This document shows, piece after piece, positions 30,001 to 40,104 of a DNA stretch of 64,000 nt. The stretch comes from Microcoleus sp. (GTDB taxonomy: Bacteria > Cyanobacteriota > Cyanobacteriia > Cyanobacteriales > Microcoleaceae): positions 1 through 64,000 of the forward strand of contig JAYFMW010000019.1 of assembly GCA_042408215.1 (NCBI GenBank), given 5' to 3'. The notes under the pieces were generated by a model. It was given only the letters and a program-made list of their open reading frames with translations. It had not been told where the DNA came from and did not search any database. Numbering within the stretch: position 1 is the first letter of the stretch; the number at the start of each line of letters is the position of its first letter. A program made the translations under genes and the position numbers.

Positions 30001-30668
30001 GGCTTTCGGGAAGAGTGCCAAATCAAAAGCTGCGATCGCGCGCCGAAAACATCGCTCAGCAAGCAGTTCCCACATTCAGGCTAGATAATCAAATTATAGC
30101 AGTTGAAGTACCTCCAGACCCGGTGTTAGCGGAGGCAGATGTCAAGCGGACTGTGGCTCTTTTGAATAAAGTAGAAAGTATTGATATATCAGCTCGCTAT
30201 GTAGGGGGGAAAGTTGCTGTCAAAGGTAGTGTGAGCCGATCGACAGATGCTCAAAAAATAACTGAAGCTTTTGAAAAAATTCCGGGGGTGAAGTCGGTCA
30301 CAAATACAGTGAGAGTAGTGATTGAACTACCGTCAAAGGTAATGGAAATTAGCATTTATTTCGATGCTGGTGCTGCAATTTTGAATCCGAAGGAAGTAAC
30401 ACAAAAGCTTAACAAAGTCAAGGAATTAATGCAGGAAAATAGCGCCAATAATTTTAGGGTAATTGGCTACAGCGATTTTAAAAGCAATCCTGGGGAAAAT
30501 CAAAAGTTGGCACTGTCGAGGGCGAGAAATGTGAAAGCAGCTCTGGTTAAACAAGGTATAGACGGCAACAGAATCCAAATTGCTGCTACTAAAGGTCGTC
30601 CCAAAGGTGTGGAGGAAAATCAACCGCTATCGCTGAGTAGAGTTGTAAGATTTGAGGTGGTTAAGTGA
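27018..30668 (+). CDS. large membrane protein: coiled-coil repeats, roadblock-like region, TM, BON domains, OmpA-C domain
   Basis: Repeated PEE.MA.LMP...LL.RKI.E.KLE helices; GMLTAIRAFV; TM near aa 940; GYSD...N..LALSRA..VK..L...SRVV OmpA motif. Confidence 0.8.
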   Translation: MAAFNENSGEIHPSEASVSEPISAIPKAGDQLQELLVILTELQLFKTSKNPSKQLELPISENSGDRRLEENRHREHKWSFVIEPPAVQPEIMKESEEIAGAKNINEDSDLSRTAAKLAKDYRPSEEELEQAVPQFKQLQQLLFGRDLPEFYSNVLSVQQRLENFERLMSEPTELMNLVKPLISEFLKEQVEELQSEFQRAIEARDSIIDTRSIQAKLAYLENKIADYNTSARWPLSEVEKFSNSRPLDNSEELIKRLMPIMGELLNRKVEESKLEIASAIAPTVNQVIHHQNGLDEKVLIIENKFADIQQRFQAQPEDLVKQLVPIVGELLERKISELKLEVIEAVTPSAQVRIAWVEIEQKVLSIIASRLASEQSQIQQPEEIMALLMPGILELLNRKIDESKLELKAQLAPLEAAINQQEVAVKLANVETKVNNLQRKQNSQPEEIMARLMPLMIESLNRKINETKLEVKEAIALAVSAAIDRSGIAAQVLRNENQIVEVQQQVFAEIEGLMARIMPRIVELLSRKISEAKLEIEAAIAPAVDAIIQNKRIEERLGKIEQKIVAIEHRIYESTDLFTDLLKPLIDELMVSHHAQLEKSVIESILPLLDEVVNYNYKLNDKVASLEGKITNTEWWGSRPDLVVKIKEIFPEMMLRTINESKVAFTETIAPIIDEVINAKTRQNRQSMGIAIAPAIPVGISHRITEAPDEFAKAIAPEIAAAVKHQINLDREAMSDAIYPIIGSTILKYMAETMQEINKKLEQAVSVEGITRKLKAKLLLISEAELLMKETTPQTVKAVFLIQKESGLVISGVQQSEQEQLESDMVAGMLTAIRAFVNDCIAQSGNIAEIDAIEYGTSTIILEVAGSCYLAAVMQGEIRQWFKYKMRSILKNIVQEYGNEIKSFNGDQATVPVAVTSQIQKLIHPDVEVKSTNKPPLLLIVGLAALGLIGVPWGIYEYRNGVEGRLEADTNLALQSAPELSVYRLTADVRDRVVRLSGRVPNQKLRSRAENIAQQAVPTFRLDNQIIAVEVPPDPVLAEADVKRTVALLNKVESIDISARYVGGKVAVKGSVSRSTDAQKITEAFEKIPGVKSVTNTVRVVIELPSKVMEISIYFDAGAAILNPKEVTQKLNKVKELMQENSANNFRVIGYSDFKSNPGENQKLALSRARNVKAALVKQGIDGNRIQIAATKGRPKGVEENQPLSLSRVVRFEVVK

Positions 30669-30900
30669 AATTGGGAATGGGGAATTGGGCATGGGGCATG
30701 GGGCATGGGGCATGGGGCATGGGAAGCAACCAATAACTAATAACTAATGACTACTGACTAATGACTACTGACTACTGACTACTGACTACTGACTAATGAC
30801 TACTGACTACTGACTACTGACTAATGACTAATGACTAATGACTACTGACTACTGACTACTGACTACTGACTAATGACTACTGACTAATGACTAATAACTA
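30669..30900. repeat. STRR heptamer tracts (GGGGCAT)n and (TGACTAC/TGACTAA)n
   Basis: Direct reading; between convergent genes. Confidence 0.9.
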
Positions 30901-31703
30901 ACTCGCCCGGAGGTGAAGGGGCGGACTGTTTCGTCAGGCAAACGCAGCAGTAAGCGGCCTTGTTTGTCAATGCCTGTGGCTTGTCCAACGATGGTTTCGG
31001 AGGAAAGTTCGATCGCCACATTGCAGCCAACAAGGGCGTCGCGACGGCGCAATTCTGGCAGCATCAGGGCTAAACCCAACTTGGATGCTGGCTTGTCGGT
31101 TCGGGAAAACAGATGCGCTAGTTCGAGTAGATAGTGTCGCAACTTCGCGAGTAAAGACAGTTCGTCAGGGACTGTACTAGAAATAGAATGCAAGCTTACC
31201 GCATTGCCGATCGCCCCGGCATCTTCTCCAGTGCGATCGAAATCGGCGCAGCGGTTGAGTCCAATCCCGACAACTGCGCGAGTCAGGCCCAAAACATTGC
31301 CCGAAGTTGCTTCGCAGAGGATTCCGGCTAACTTGCGTCGGTTGATCAAGACATCGTTAGGCCATTTTAGGCGTAGCATATCGTGACAGTCGGGAGCTAA
31401 ATCTTCGATCGCGTAAATTACGGCCAAACCGACGGCTAAACTGAGTCCAGGCAAAAGATTAGGGTTTAAGTTGTCAAGTACAAAACTGGCTGTTAAGACA
31501 CCGGTTGGGCTGTACCAGGTGCGCCCCTGTTGCCCGCGCCCAGCAGTTTGTCGCCTGGTAAATACGACATCTCCGTGGTGGAGTTGGGCCGCGTGAGTGT
31601 GGGCGTGAGTGTTGGTACTCGGACAGCTATCCAACCAGTGCAGCCAAATAGGGAGATTTGTGCGATCGGGTTTTGGCGATTCGGGCGCAGAAATTAATGA
31701 CAA
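30891..31703 (-). CDS. birA: biotin--[acetyl-CoA carboxylase] ligase
   Basis: STN, QTAGRGQQGRTW, KWPNDV, KLAGIL, GIGLN. Confidence 0.93.
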   Translation of the reverse strand: MSLISAPESPKPDRTNLPIWLHWLDSCPSTNTHAHTHAAQLHHGDVVFTRRQTAGRGQQGRTWYSPTGVLTASFVLDNLNPNLLPGLSLAVGLAVIYAIEDLAPDCHDMLRLKWPNDVLINRRKLAGILCEATSGNVLGLTRAVVGIGLNRCADFDRTGEDAGAIGNAVSLHSISSTVPDELSLLAKLRHYLLELAHLFSRTDKPASKLGLALMLPELRRRDALVGCNVAIELSSETIVGQATGIDKQGRLLLRLPDETVRPFTSGRVSY

Positions 31704-31800
31704 AATCGCCTCCTTATTTTATGGGGTGGTCAGAAACCGGGTTTTTTGCCAGAATACTTGGTGACAGCCCGCAGAAACGGTCAAAAACCCGGTTATGAAG

Positions 31801-32113
31801 CAATACCGTTCAGTTAAGCCCGATCCCCCCTAGCCCCCCTTAATAAGGGGAGTAGGGGGTGGGACAAGAACTGGTTCAAAGTCCCCCTTCTTAAGGCAGG
31901 GCGGTTTCATTCTCGGAAAAACCGCGATTTTGTAGGGGTAGTGCGACCCCTACTCCCCGTGCCTACCCCCCTTACCAACCATCGAATGAGCATTTCAGGC
32001 CTCTGGGCGGGCACTCTTGGCACCGCCCCTACAAGAGAATGAAACCGCCCCCCTTCTTAAGGGGGATTTAGGGGGATCTCCGAGGAATAAACTGTTTTAA
32101 CCCAAGCGTATTG
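31801..32113. mobile_element. nested MITE composite
   Basis: Inner 16-bp perfect TIR GGGCGGTTTCATTCTC (31899-31914/32035-32050) inserted in a CCCCCTTCTTAAGG palindromic repeat, within outer imperfect CAATAC...GTATTG ends. Confidence 0.7.
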
Positions 32114-32133
32114 GGTTATGCAGATTTTACGCT

Positions 32134-33078
32134 TTATGCTTCAGAATTTTCGGGCATTTCTAGCAATTCAGGAATGGTGACAAAGCGATATCCCTGCTGT
32201 TTCAAACCAGCAATGATATCGGGCAATGCTTTAATAGTACGAGATCGATCGCCCCCGCCATCGTGCATCAGAACAATCGCACCGGGTTTGGCACCTTTGA
32301 GGACATTATCAACAAAAGCTTGTGGTTGAGCGCGCGGATCTGTATCTGCGGAAGTTACCGACCACATCACAACGGAGTAATTTTGTGATTTAGCATATGT
32401 AGCCAAGCCATTATTCAAAACTCCCCCCGGCGGGCGAAAGAAAGATGTCTTAACTCCGGTGGTTTCGTAAATAAGTCTGGCGGTGCGATCGATTTCATTA
32501 GCCGCCGTCGCCGCATCCATAGAATCGTACCAGTGATGCCATGTATGATTGCCGATCGCATGACCTTGGGCCACAACTCGGCGAGCAATTTCCGGTGAAT
32601 TTTCGAGGGATTTGCCTATCCAAAAAAACGTGGCTTTTACATCATTTTGCTGAAAAATATCCAGCATTTGTGCTGTGGTTTCCGGCCAAGGCCCGTCATC
32701 AACAGTTAAGGCTATAACTTTTTCAGAATTGTTGACTTTTCCCTCAAAAACAGTTGTTCCTTGAAACTGTTCCGGCGGCACAAAAGTCAAGAGTTTTTCT
32801 TTAGATTCCAATACAGTGAGAAGTTCTTCAACTGTGCGATCGAGATTAAACCCTGTGGGATTTTTTCCTAACTCGTTTGCTAGCGGATTTACTGTTAAAG
32901 ATTGGTTAAGGTTCTGCACCTGCACCGCAGCGGTGGTAGGATTGTCAGTTGCTTGTAAAGCAGGTTGGTTTCCCGGTAGCAGCGTACCGATGACAAAGCT
33001 AATCGCAGCCGCTAAAAGTGCGATCGCCACAAAACGCCATTCTTTCCGCAGTCTTTGAAACAGATGATTTGCGCTCAC
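32134..33078 (-). CDS. polysaccharide deacetylase (NodB domain)
   Basis: ALTVDDGP, GNHTWHH, FRPPGG, VLMHDGGG. Confidence 0.93.
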   Translation of the reverse strand: MSANHLFQRLRKEWRFVAIALLAAAISFVIGTLLPGNQPALQATDNPTTAAVQVQNLNQSLTVNPLANELGKNPTGFNLDRTVEELLTVLESKEKLLTFVPPEQFQGTTVFEGKVNNSEKVIALTVDDGPWPETTAQMLDIFQQNDVKATFFWIGKSLENSPEIARRVVAQGHAIGNHTWHHWYDSMDAATAANEIDRTARLIYETTGVKTSFFRPPGGVLNNGLATYAKSQNYSVVMWSVTSADTDPRAQPQAFVDNVLKGAKPGAIVLMHDGGGDRSRTIKALPDIIAGLKQQGYRFVTIPELLEMPENSEA

Positions 33079-33151
33079 TTGAGATTCCTGCCACTCCGGT
33101 CACAATGCGGAATATAATAGCAGTTAAATAAGGTAAAACGCGATCGCTGTT

Positions 33152-33184
33152 AGAGCCCAGACTTCTTAAAGAAGTCTGGGCTCT
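33152..33184. repeat. perfect palindrome downstream of mfd (terminator or dispersed repeat)
   Basis: AGAGCCCAGACTTCTT-A-AAGAAGTCTGGGCTCT. Confidence 0.65.
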
Positions 33185-33224
33185 GGGTGTGCTGTTTTTT
33201 CAGGTGGGATTACTTAACACTATT

Positions 33225-36200
33225 TTAGAATAAAATATTTGCTTCCGGCAAAGCGCCATGCATTTTACCCAGCCAATCAATCAAATTATCCAGTTGCTTT
33301 TGGGCACTCAAAACCGCCATCCCTCTAATAGTAACCTTCCCCTTGCTGTAGACAAAACGAGACTGCAAATGATCCGGCAAATTAGCCTTAAGCAAATTCC
33401 AAGCAGGTTCCTCCATCGGCGTTTCCAAAACAATGTGCTGCTTATTTTCCGGCTTAATCCGAGAAAAACCAATTTGCTTAGCAATTTGTTTGAGTTCAAC
33501 AATACGAATAAGTTGCTTCGCCGGAAGAGGAATGGGGCCGTAACGATCGCACCAATCAGCCTGAATCTGCTGCAACTCTTGAGGCGTATTAGCAGAAGCA
33601 ACAGACCGGTAAGCACTCATCTTTTGATCCAAATCCCCAATGTAATCAGCAGGAATAAACGCAGTCAAACTCAAATCTATTTGGGTATCTTCAACCTTGG
33701 GAATTTCTTGACCCTTAATTTCACGAATTGCCTCCTCTAACATTTCAGCATACAAATCAAAGCCGATCGCCTCCATTTGACCAGACTGTTCCGTACCCAA
33801 AATATCACCCGAACCGCGAATTTCCAAATCCCGCATCGCCAACTGATAGCCCGAACCCAACTGCGCGAACTCTTGAATAGCCCGCAACCTCTGCTTTGCA
33901 GCATCAGTCAACAGACTTTGCTTAGGATACAATAGCCAAGCGTGAGCTTGAATACCCGCGCGTCCCACCCGTCCCCGCAACTGGTAAAGTTGACCCAAAC
34001 CGAACCGCTGGGCGTCTTCAATCAAAATTGTATTAACACGGGGAATATCCAAACCAGATTCAATAATCGTCGTGCACACCAAAATATCAAAATCCGCCGC
34101 ACTAAAGGACAGCATAATTGATTCTAATTCCGAAGCATCCATTTGACCGTGGGCGATCGCAATTCTCGCCGCCGGAACCATCTCCTGCAACTGAGCGGCC
34201 AACTCATCAATCCCCTCAATCCGGGGCACCACGTAAAAAACCTGACCACCCCTGTCCAATTCTTGACGAATCGCACTCCGCACCGCTTCCGGGTCATAGG
34301 GAGCCAAATGCGTCTGAATCGGGCGCCTGCTGGGAGGCGGAGTAGCAATCAAACTCATCTCCCGAATCCCCGACAGCGACATATACAAAGTCCGAGGAAT
34401 CGGCGTTGCTGTCAGAGTCAGAACATCCACCTCTGTTTTCAGAGCTTTAATAGCTTCCTTTTGCTTAACCCCAAACCGCTGTTCTTCATCCACCACCAAC
34501 AGGCCCAAATCCCGAAATTTAATCGCTTTGCTCAAAACAGCTTGAGTACCCACAATCACATCTAATTCACCAGTAGCCAAACGCTTGTGAATTTCCCGGC
34601 GTTCCGTTTCCGTGCGAAAGCGATTCAGCAAACCAACTTCGATCGGATAAGGCGAAAAACGCTCCTTCAGAGTGTGATAGTGCTGTTGGGTCAAAATCGT
34701 CGTCGGCGCGAGCAAAGCCACCTGCTTGCCCGCTGTAACCGCCTTAAAAATAGCTCTGAGAGCGACTTCCGTCTTGCCAAAACCGACATCACCGCAGACC
34801 AGACGATCCATAGGTCGATCGCCCTCCATATCCCGTTTCACATCCTGAGTTGCCTTCAACTGATCCGGCGTTGGTTGATAAGGAAAAGAATCCTCTAATT
34901 CTTGTTGCCAAGGCATATCAGGAGGAAAAGCGTAACCTGTTTGTTTAGCTCTTTTAGCATAAAGATTCAACAAATCTACCGCTAATTTCTTAACAGCTTT
35001 GCGAACCTTTGTTTTAGTTTTTTCCCAAGTTTGACCTGTCAGCTTGTTGAGTTCCGGCACTTTATCGGCCACAGTCCGAAACCTCGACAAAGCGCCCAAT
35101 TGATCGGCCGCGACTCTCAGAGTACCGTCACCGTATTGAATTAGCAAATACTCGCGAGTTTCCAAATCGAGGGTTAGACGTTCTAACTTGATAAATCTGC
35201 CCACTCCGTGCTGGCGGTGAACTACATAATCACCAGGGCTTAACTTGTTCGCGTCTACTTGTTTAGAAGCAGCGCGGCGGCGCTTGCGAACATAGCTAAA
35301 AGTAGCCAAAGAATGTTGACCGTAGAATTCCCGATCGCAAATCAAAACAATCCGAAAAGTAGGCAGAATAAAACCTTCCAATTCAGCCAGCCCGCTGTAC
35401 TTCAGAGCAACCGGAATATGCTGTAATTGCAACTTATCGATCGCCAAATAATCGCGAGGATTCACCACAAACTGAGCCGGACAGTCATGTTCCGACAACA
35501 GAGAAACAGAGCGGCTGGGTTGAGCCGAAACCAGAAACACCGAAAAACCCCGATCGCGCTCCTCCCTGAGCGTTTGGGATAACTTCGCAAATTGGTGAGG
35601 CATCACCGGCACCGGGCGAGAAGCCAAATTAATCGGAGGAGACGAAGAAACCGGAACCGAAAAAGCAGATTCCGCCAATTCAGAAAGATAGAGGCGATCG
35701 AACCCTTCCACATCAACCATAGACTCAGCAAAAGAGCGATGAATTTTAGGAAGAGAAGCAATTAAACTTTCCCATTGCTCCTGAGCACTGTCAAACCAAC
35801 GATCGCAGTGAGCCTCACACTGAGCCGGTTCATCAATAGCAACCAAAGTATTCAGTGGCAAATAATCCAAAATAGAAGCAGGTTTCTCAAAAGCCAAACC
35901 CAGCAACCGCTTAATAACCTTCCCTTCCCCTTCCTCCCCTTCTTCTCCCTCAACATACGCGCCCTTCGCGCCTTCGCGGTTCGTTTTCAAAATAGACTTT
36001 TGGGCCAAAGCCCCGCGAACAATCCCGCCAAAATCAGTAGGAGTCAAAACCAACCGATCGATCCTATCAAGCGATCGCTGAGAAGACGGGTCAAACTCCC
36101 GAATTTGCTCCAAATCATCCCCAAACCATTCCAGCCGCACCGGCAACTCAGCCGCCACCGGAAACACATCCACAATATCGCCCCGACGGCTCCACTGGCC

Positions 36201-36737
36201 CTCCATTTCGACTAGAGCCACCCGATCGTACCCCATCGAGGCAAGTTGGCGGTCTAAAATCTTCGAGTCTTGAACCATACCTCGCGCCAAAGTCAGACAG
36301 TAGGGTTCAAAAGCAGCAGGCGGTGGCAAATGAGACTGGAGAGCCCGCGCTGTAGCTACGATCGCGATCGGCTTAGAATTAGTAGTGATTTCAGGTTTCT
36401 GGACTAAATCCGCCAGCACCTGCATTTGTCCCCAAGTCATTTCGCTTTCATCGGAGTAAGATAGCTCGTAGGGCGAAGCCTCCGAAGTCGGGTAAAAATG
36501 CACAGTCTGCCAGCCCATCGCCTCCAGCCCGGCCACCCAGCGGCCTGCTTCTTCCAGAGTTGCTGTCACTACGAGTAAATTCCGCCCCTCTTGCTGTGCG
36601 AGGGCTGAAGCTACCAAACCTTTAGGCAAGCGGGCTACGCCGTTGAGTTGCACGTAGTGATGGCGCTTGAGCTTGTTGAGTAGTTCTGTTGCTAGGGGCG
36701 ATCGCCCCAGAATACGAATTATTGAAGAGAAAGTCAT
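33225..36737 (-). CDS. mfd: transcription-repair coupling factor
   Basis: UvrB-like N-terminus, [40 protein letters not shown]-terminus. Confidence 0.97.
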   Translation of the reverse strand: MTFSSIIRILGRSPLATELLNKLKRHHYVQLNGVARLPKGLVASALAQQEGRNLLVVTATLEEAGRWVAGLEAMGWQTVHFYPTSEASPYELSYSDESEMTWGQMQVLADLVQKPEITTNSKPIAIVATARALQSHLPPPAAFEPYCLTLARGMVQDSKILDRQLASMGYDRVALVEMEGQWSRRGDIVDVFPVAAELPVRLEWFGDDLEQIREFDPSSQRSLDRIDRLVLTPTDFGGIVRGALAQKSILKTNREGAKGAYVEGEEGEEGEGKVIKRLLGLAFEKPASILDYLPLNTLVAIDEPAQCEAHCDRWFDSAQEQWESLIASLPKIHRSFAESMVDVEGFDRLYLSELAESAFSVPVSSSPPINLASRPVPVMPHQFAKLSQTLREERDRGFSVFLVSAQPSRSVSLLSEHDCPAQFVVNPRDYLAIDKLQLQHIPVALKYSGLAELEGFILPTFRIVLICDREFYGQHSLATFSYVRKRRRAASKQVDANKLSPGDYVVHRQHGVGRFIKLERLTLDLETREYLLIQYGDGTLRVAADQLGALSRFRTVADKVPELNKLTGQTWEKTKTKVRKAVKKLAVDLLNLYAKRAKQTGYAFPPDMPWQQELEDSFPYQPTPDQLKATQDVKRDMEGDRPMDRLVCGDVGFGKTEVALRAIFKAVTAGKQVALLAPTTILTQQHYHTLKERFSPYPIEVGLLNRFRTETERREIHKRLATGELDVIVGTQAVLSKAIKFRDLGLLVVDEEQRFGVKQKEAIKALKTEVDVLTLTATPIPRTLYMSLSGIREMSLIATPPPSRRPIQTHLAPYDPEAVRSAIRQELDRGGQVFYVVPRIEGIDELAAQLQEMVPAARIAIAHGQMDASELESIMLSFSAADFDILVCTTIIESGLDIPRVNTILIEDAQRFGLGQLYQLRGRVGRAGIQAHAWLLYPKQSLLTDAAKQRLRAIQEFAQLGSGYQLAMRDLEIRGSGDILGTEQSGQMEAIGFDLYAEMLEEAIREIKGQEIPKVEDTQIDLSLTAFIPADYIGDLDQKMSAYRSVASANTPQELQQIQADWCDRYGPIPLPAKQLIRIVELKQIAKQIGFSRIKPENKQHIVLETPMEEPAWNLLKANLPDHLQSRFVYSKGKVTIRGMAVLSAQKQLDNLIDWLGKMHGALPEANILF

Positions 36738-37158
36738 GCGCTTTTAATTTTAATGCCCGATCGGCGAAGGCTCTTTCCCGCCGGCCTGTTAAGGAGATTG
36801 TACGACAAACATCATTGATTGTGTCGATCGGCTGTTGTCGCCTGGGAACTGAACTGCGGGTAGATTTCTGCTCTAATATATCGAGGCTACGATCGAAACG
36901 AGCCTGTTCCGTTAATCTAGTGACAGGAAAGAGAAAAAATTTCGATTTTGCGATCGAGATTAAAAGCTTTCAGACCTCTGTTGTGACCACACCCAAAAAC
37001 GGATACAGGCCCCCGACTCAAGTTGTGAAGAACGAAAAATTTTAGAGGTTAGGGAGAACCCGCAGATTATGGCTGCTGGGTCAATCTAAAATCTAAAATC
37101 TAAAATCTAAAATCGACTAACCGGGCTGCGCTTGCCGTTACCACCGATAATTTTAGAA

Positions 37159-38490
37159 ATGTCCCCAAGTACCGACCTTCTGATTGTTCTCCTGCTGATT
37201 TTCCTAAATGGCTTATTTGTGATGTCAGAGATGGCCATCATCTCGGTACGCAAGGTAAGACTGCAACAGATGGCCAACCAAGGTTCGATCAATGCCCGCG
37301 TAGCCTTAGATCTGGCTAATGCGCCCAATCAGTTCTTACCGACAGTTCAAATCGGGATTACGCTGCTGGCCATTCTGTCGGGCGCTTTCGGAGAAACGAC
37401 TATTGCCAAAAGACTAGAGCCTTTGTTGCGGCTGATTCCTGCCCTCGCACCCTACTCTGATACGATCGCCTCAGTAGTCGCAATTTTAATCATAACTTAT
37501 CTGACTCTAATTATCGGCGAACTGGTGCCGAAGCGACTGGCGCTCAACAACCCGGAGCCGATCGCCTCAAGTGTGGCCATTCCCATGCGAATGCTCTCAA
37601 AAATTGGTGCTCCTGCGGTTTATGTTTTAAGTTATTCCACTGACTTAGTAATGCGAATCATGGGGATTTTGCCCTCGACAGAACCGCAAGTTACAGAAGA
37701 AGAAATTAAAGTTTTAATCGAGCAAGGAACCTCAGCCGGAACCTTTGAAGAAGCCGAACAAGATATGGTGGAAAGAGTGTTTCGTTTGGGCGATCGACGA
37801 GTCAGCGCCTTAATGACACCGCGCCCCGATCTTGTCTGGCTCGATCTCGAAGATTCAGTCGAAGAAAATCGCCAAAAAATGCTCGGTAGCGGTCATTCTC
37901 GGTTTCCCGTGTGTCAGGGAGGCCTCGACAACGTTGTCGGTTTAGTACACGTTACAGATCTGCTGTCTCGGACTTTAACCGGTCAACCCCTCGATTTAAG
38001 CGCTTCTTTACGACGACCTTTATTTGTGCCGGAAAGCACGCGGGGTTTAAAAGTATTAGAACTTTTCAAACAATCTAGCAATCAAATTGCCTTGGTAGTA
38101 GACGAATACGGCGTGATTCAAGGATTGGTTACAGTCAACGACATTTTAGTCGAACTGGTGGGCGATTTTCCCTCGATTGAAGATGCAGACGAGCCGCAAG
38201 CCGTGCAGCGGGAAGACGGTTCTTGGCTGTTAGACGGAATGCTACCAGTCGAAGATTTTTTTGAGATGTTTGAAATCGAAGAATTGTCAGAAGAAAACAA
38301 AGGAAGTTACCACACAATGGGCGGTTTTGTGATTACAAATTTGGGCAAAATTCCCACAGCAGCCGAGCATTTTGAGTGGAACGGTTTGCGCGTAGAAGTA
38401 GTGGATATGGACGGGAACCGAGTTGATAAAATCTTAGTAATGCCGATCGACTCAGCGGGCGATATACCCCCCAGCAATCCAAAAACCTAA
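37159..38490 (+). CDS. hemolysin family CNNM/CBS/CorC protein
   Basis: NGLFVMSEMA, GELVPK, MTPR, HSRFPV, VVDEYG, CorC C-terminus; start placed at ATG 37159. Confidence 0.92.
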   Translation: MSPSTDLLIVLLLIFLNGLFVMSEMAIISVRKVRLQQMANQGSINARVALDLANAPNQFLPTVQIGITLLAILSGAFGETTIAKRLEPLLRLIPALAPYSDTIASVVAILIITYLTLIIGELVPKRLALNNPEPIASSVAIPMRMLSKIGAPAVYVLSYSTDLVMRIMGILPSTEPQVTEEEIKVLIEQGTSAGTFEEAEQDMVERVFRLGDRRVSALMTPRPDLVWLDLEDSVEENRQKMLGSGHSRFPVCQGGLDNVVGLVHVTDLLSRTLTGQPLDLSASLRRPLFVPESTRGLKVLELFKQSSNQIALVVDEYGVIQGLVTVNDILVELVGDFPSIEDADEPQAVQREDGSWLLDGMLPVEDFFEMFEIEELSEENKGSYHTMGGFVITNLGKIPTAAEHFEWNGLRVEVVDMDGNRVDKILVMPIDSAGDIPPSNPKT

Positions 38491-38526
38491 AAACCATTCC
38501 TCACAGATCAAATATACATTTCCTTT

Positions 38527-38722
38527 GTAGGGGCGGGTTCACCAACCATCATCGCCGGAAACAAACAATCTCAAAAACCCGCCCCCACCCAACGATCAAT
38601 CATCACCTATCATTTAGAAATTAAATATAAATATCAGGTTGATGTGAATTATTGGTGGGGTGGGGGCTGGTTTTTATATATTGTTGGTCATCGTTATATA
38701 TTGTTTGTGAACCCGCCCCTAC
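38527..38722. repeat. REPIN-like element
   Basis: Perfect 16-bp inverted ends GTAGGGGCGGGTTCAC/GTGAACCCGCCCCTAC. Confidence 0.75.
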
Positions 38723-38764
38723 CAGAGCGCAAATTGTACAATAACGAATCTACCGGACATCATA

Positions 38765-40098
38765 TCACTTCTTCTTGTTTCTTTCATCCTTCCGCAACAC
38801 TTCTAAAATAGAACTCCCCACATAATCGCTAAAAATTACTTCTCCAGCTTTGTTATAATGGCAACAGCTATCCACATAAACAGCATCTTTAGTCTTGTCA
38901 AAAACCTTAACACCATTCAATATATTAATATGATTTTTGGCCAAATTCGGAAACTTCTTAAAAAGGGCAGGATATCCAAGTTCAACAGCTTTAGCATAAG
39001 GAGTATCCTGATTAAAAGCAATCTGTTTTTCTGCTGCGCTAAACACCCTTTTTGTCTGATAGTATTGATTGGGTTGGAGAACATGAAAATACGGCACGTT
39101 GCTAGCCGACAATACTTTATGCATAAATATTGAACTTTTCGCCCAATTCTGAGCCATTTGTTCAAAAGCAACATCATCTTTCATCACCGAATCTTTAAGA
39201 TTGATATAAATTACGCTGCCACCATCATCATTCTGCGGTTGACTGTTCTCTTTTTCAAACCTAATGACATCTTTTCGGTAGTTGTTGACCAAGTTTTGAA
39301 CGTAAATAGAAGTTACAGCATCGCACGCAGCTAACTTGCATTCCTGCAAACCTCTCAAACCCCGATCGATCCTAGCTTTATTTTCTTTAATGGCGATCGT
39401 GGATTTCATCGCTTTTGTAGAAAGGGTATTACTGGCTATGTTTGTCAGCGGCAGGATGTGCTGAATGCTTGGCATCGCCAAATCAATTTTATTTTTATTA
39501 TTTAAATTAGAAAGTGCTACTTCATTAAAGCCATCTATATTGACGACCATATCGAGTTCTTGACCTAAAGCCAAAAAATAGTTTAAAATTAATAATTGTT
39601 GCGGCTGTTTGTACCCTCCGGTAGCAAAAGACAAAATTACATGAATTCTTGATCTTTCAAACCTGGTAACTGTTTGAGGTATTTAGGGAGAATTTGATTT
39701 TGGACTTGATATATTGCATAATCCGAAGCAACAGAACCGCCAAATACTCCGATAATAAACTGATGTTTTTTAGTTTTTTTGAACGGGTAATCGTAAGGAG
39801 AAATAAACCCATAATTATTAACTTTGAAACCTGGGCGAAAGTCAGCACTCGGTTTCTGAATGAACCCAAAAAAAGGATGAAATCTTTCGACTATAGACTC
39901 TCTGAGCCGCACTCCTTCTAAATTAATTCCCACATTGAACTTATCTTTAGGCTGTTCCCTAGTATAGAAAAATTGCTTGTGTTTGACAAAATACCATGCC
40001 AGGGAACCGCCTTCGAGGAAAACCAGTAAAAGCACTAAGTTAATCAAAGCAATTTTGATTATTTCTTGGCTGTTTTTGAGAAAATTAAAATCTTTCAT
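38765..40098 (-). pseudogene. frameshifted SGNH-like membrane-anchored protein (paralog of 40105-41430)
   Basis: ORFs 39637-40098 and 38765-39634 are colinear with the upstream paralog; removing 2 nt near 39640 restores QEFVILSFATGGYKQPQQ. Confidence 0.8.
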
Positions 40099-40104
40099 AA
40101 ACCT

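Noticed and set aside
30669..30900. Heptamer tracts as a novel element
   Set aside because: These are ordinary STRR repeats of filamentous cyanobacteria, also at 11266, 11750, 12472, 16095, 37085 and 60870
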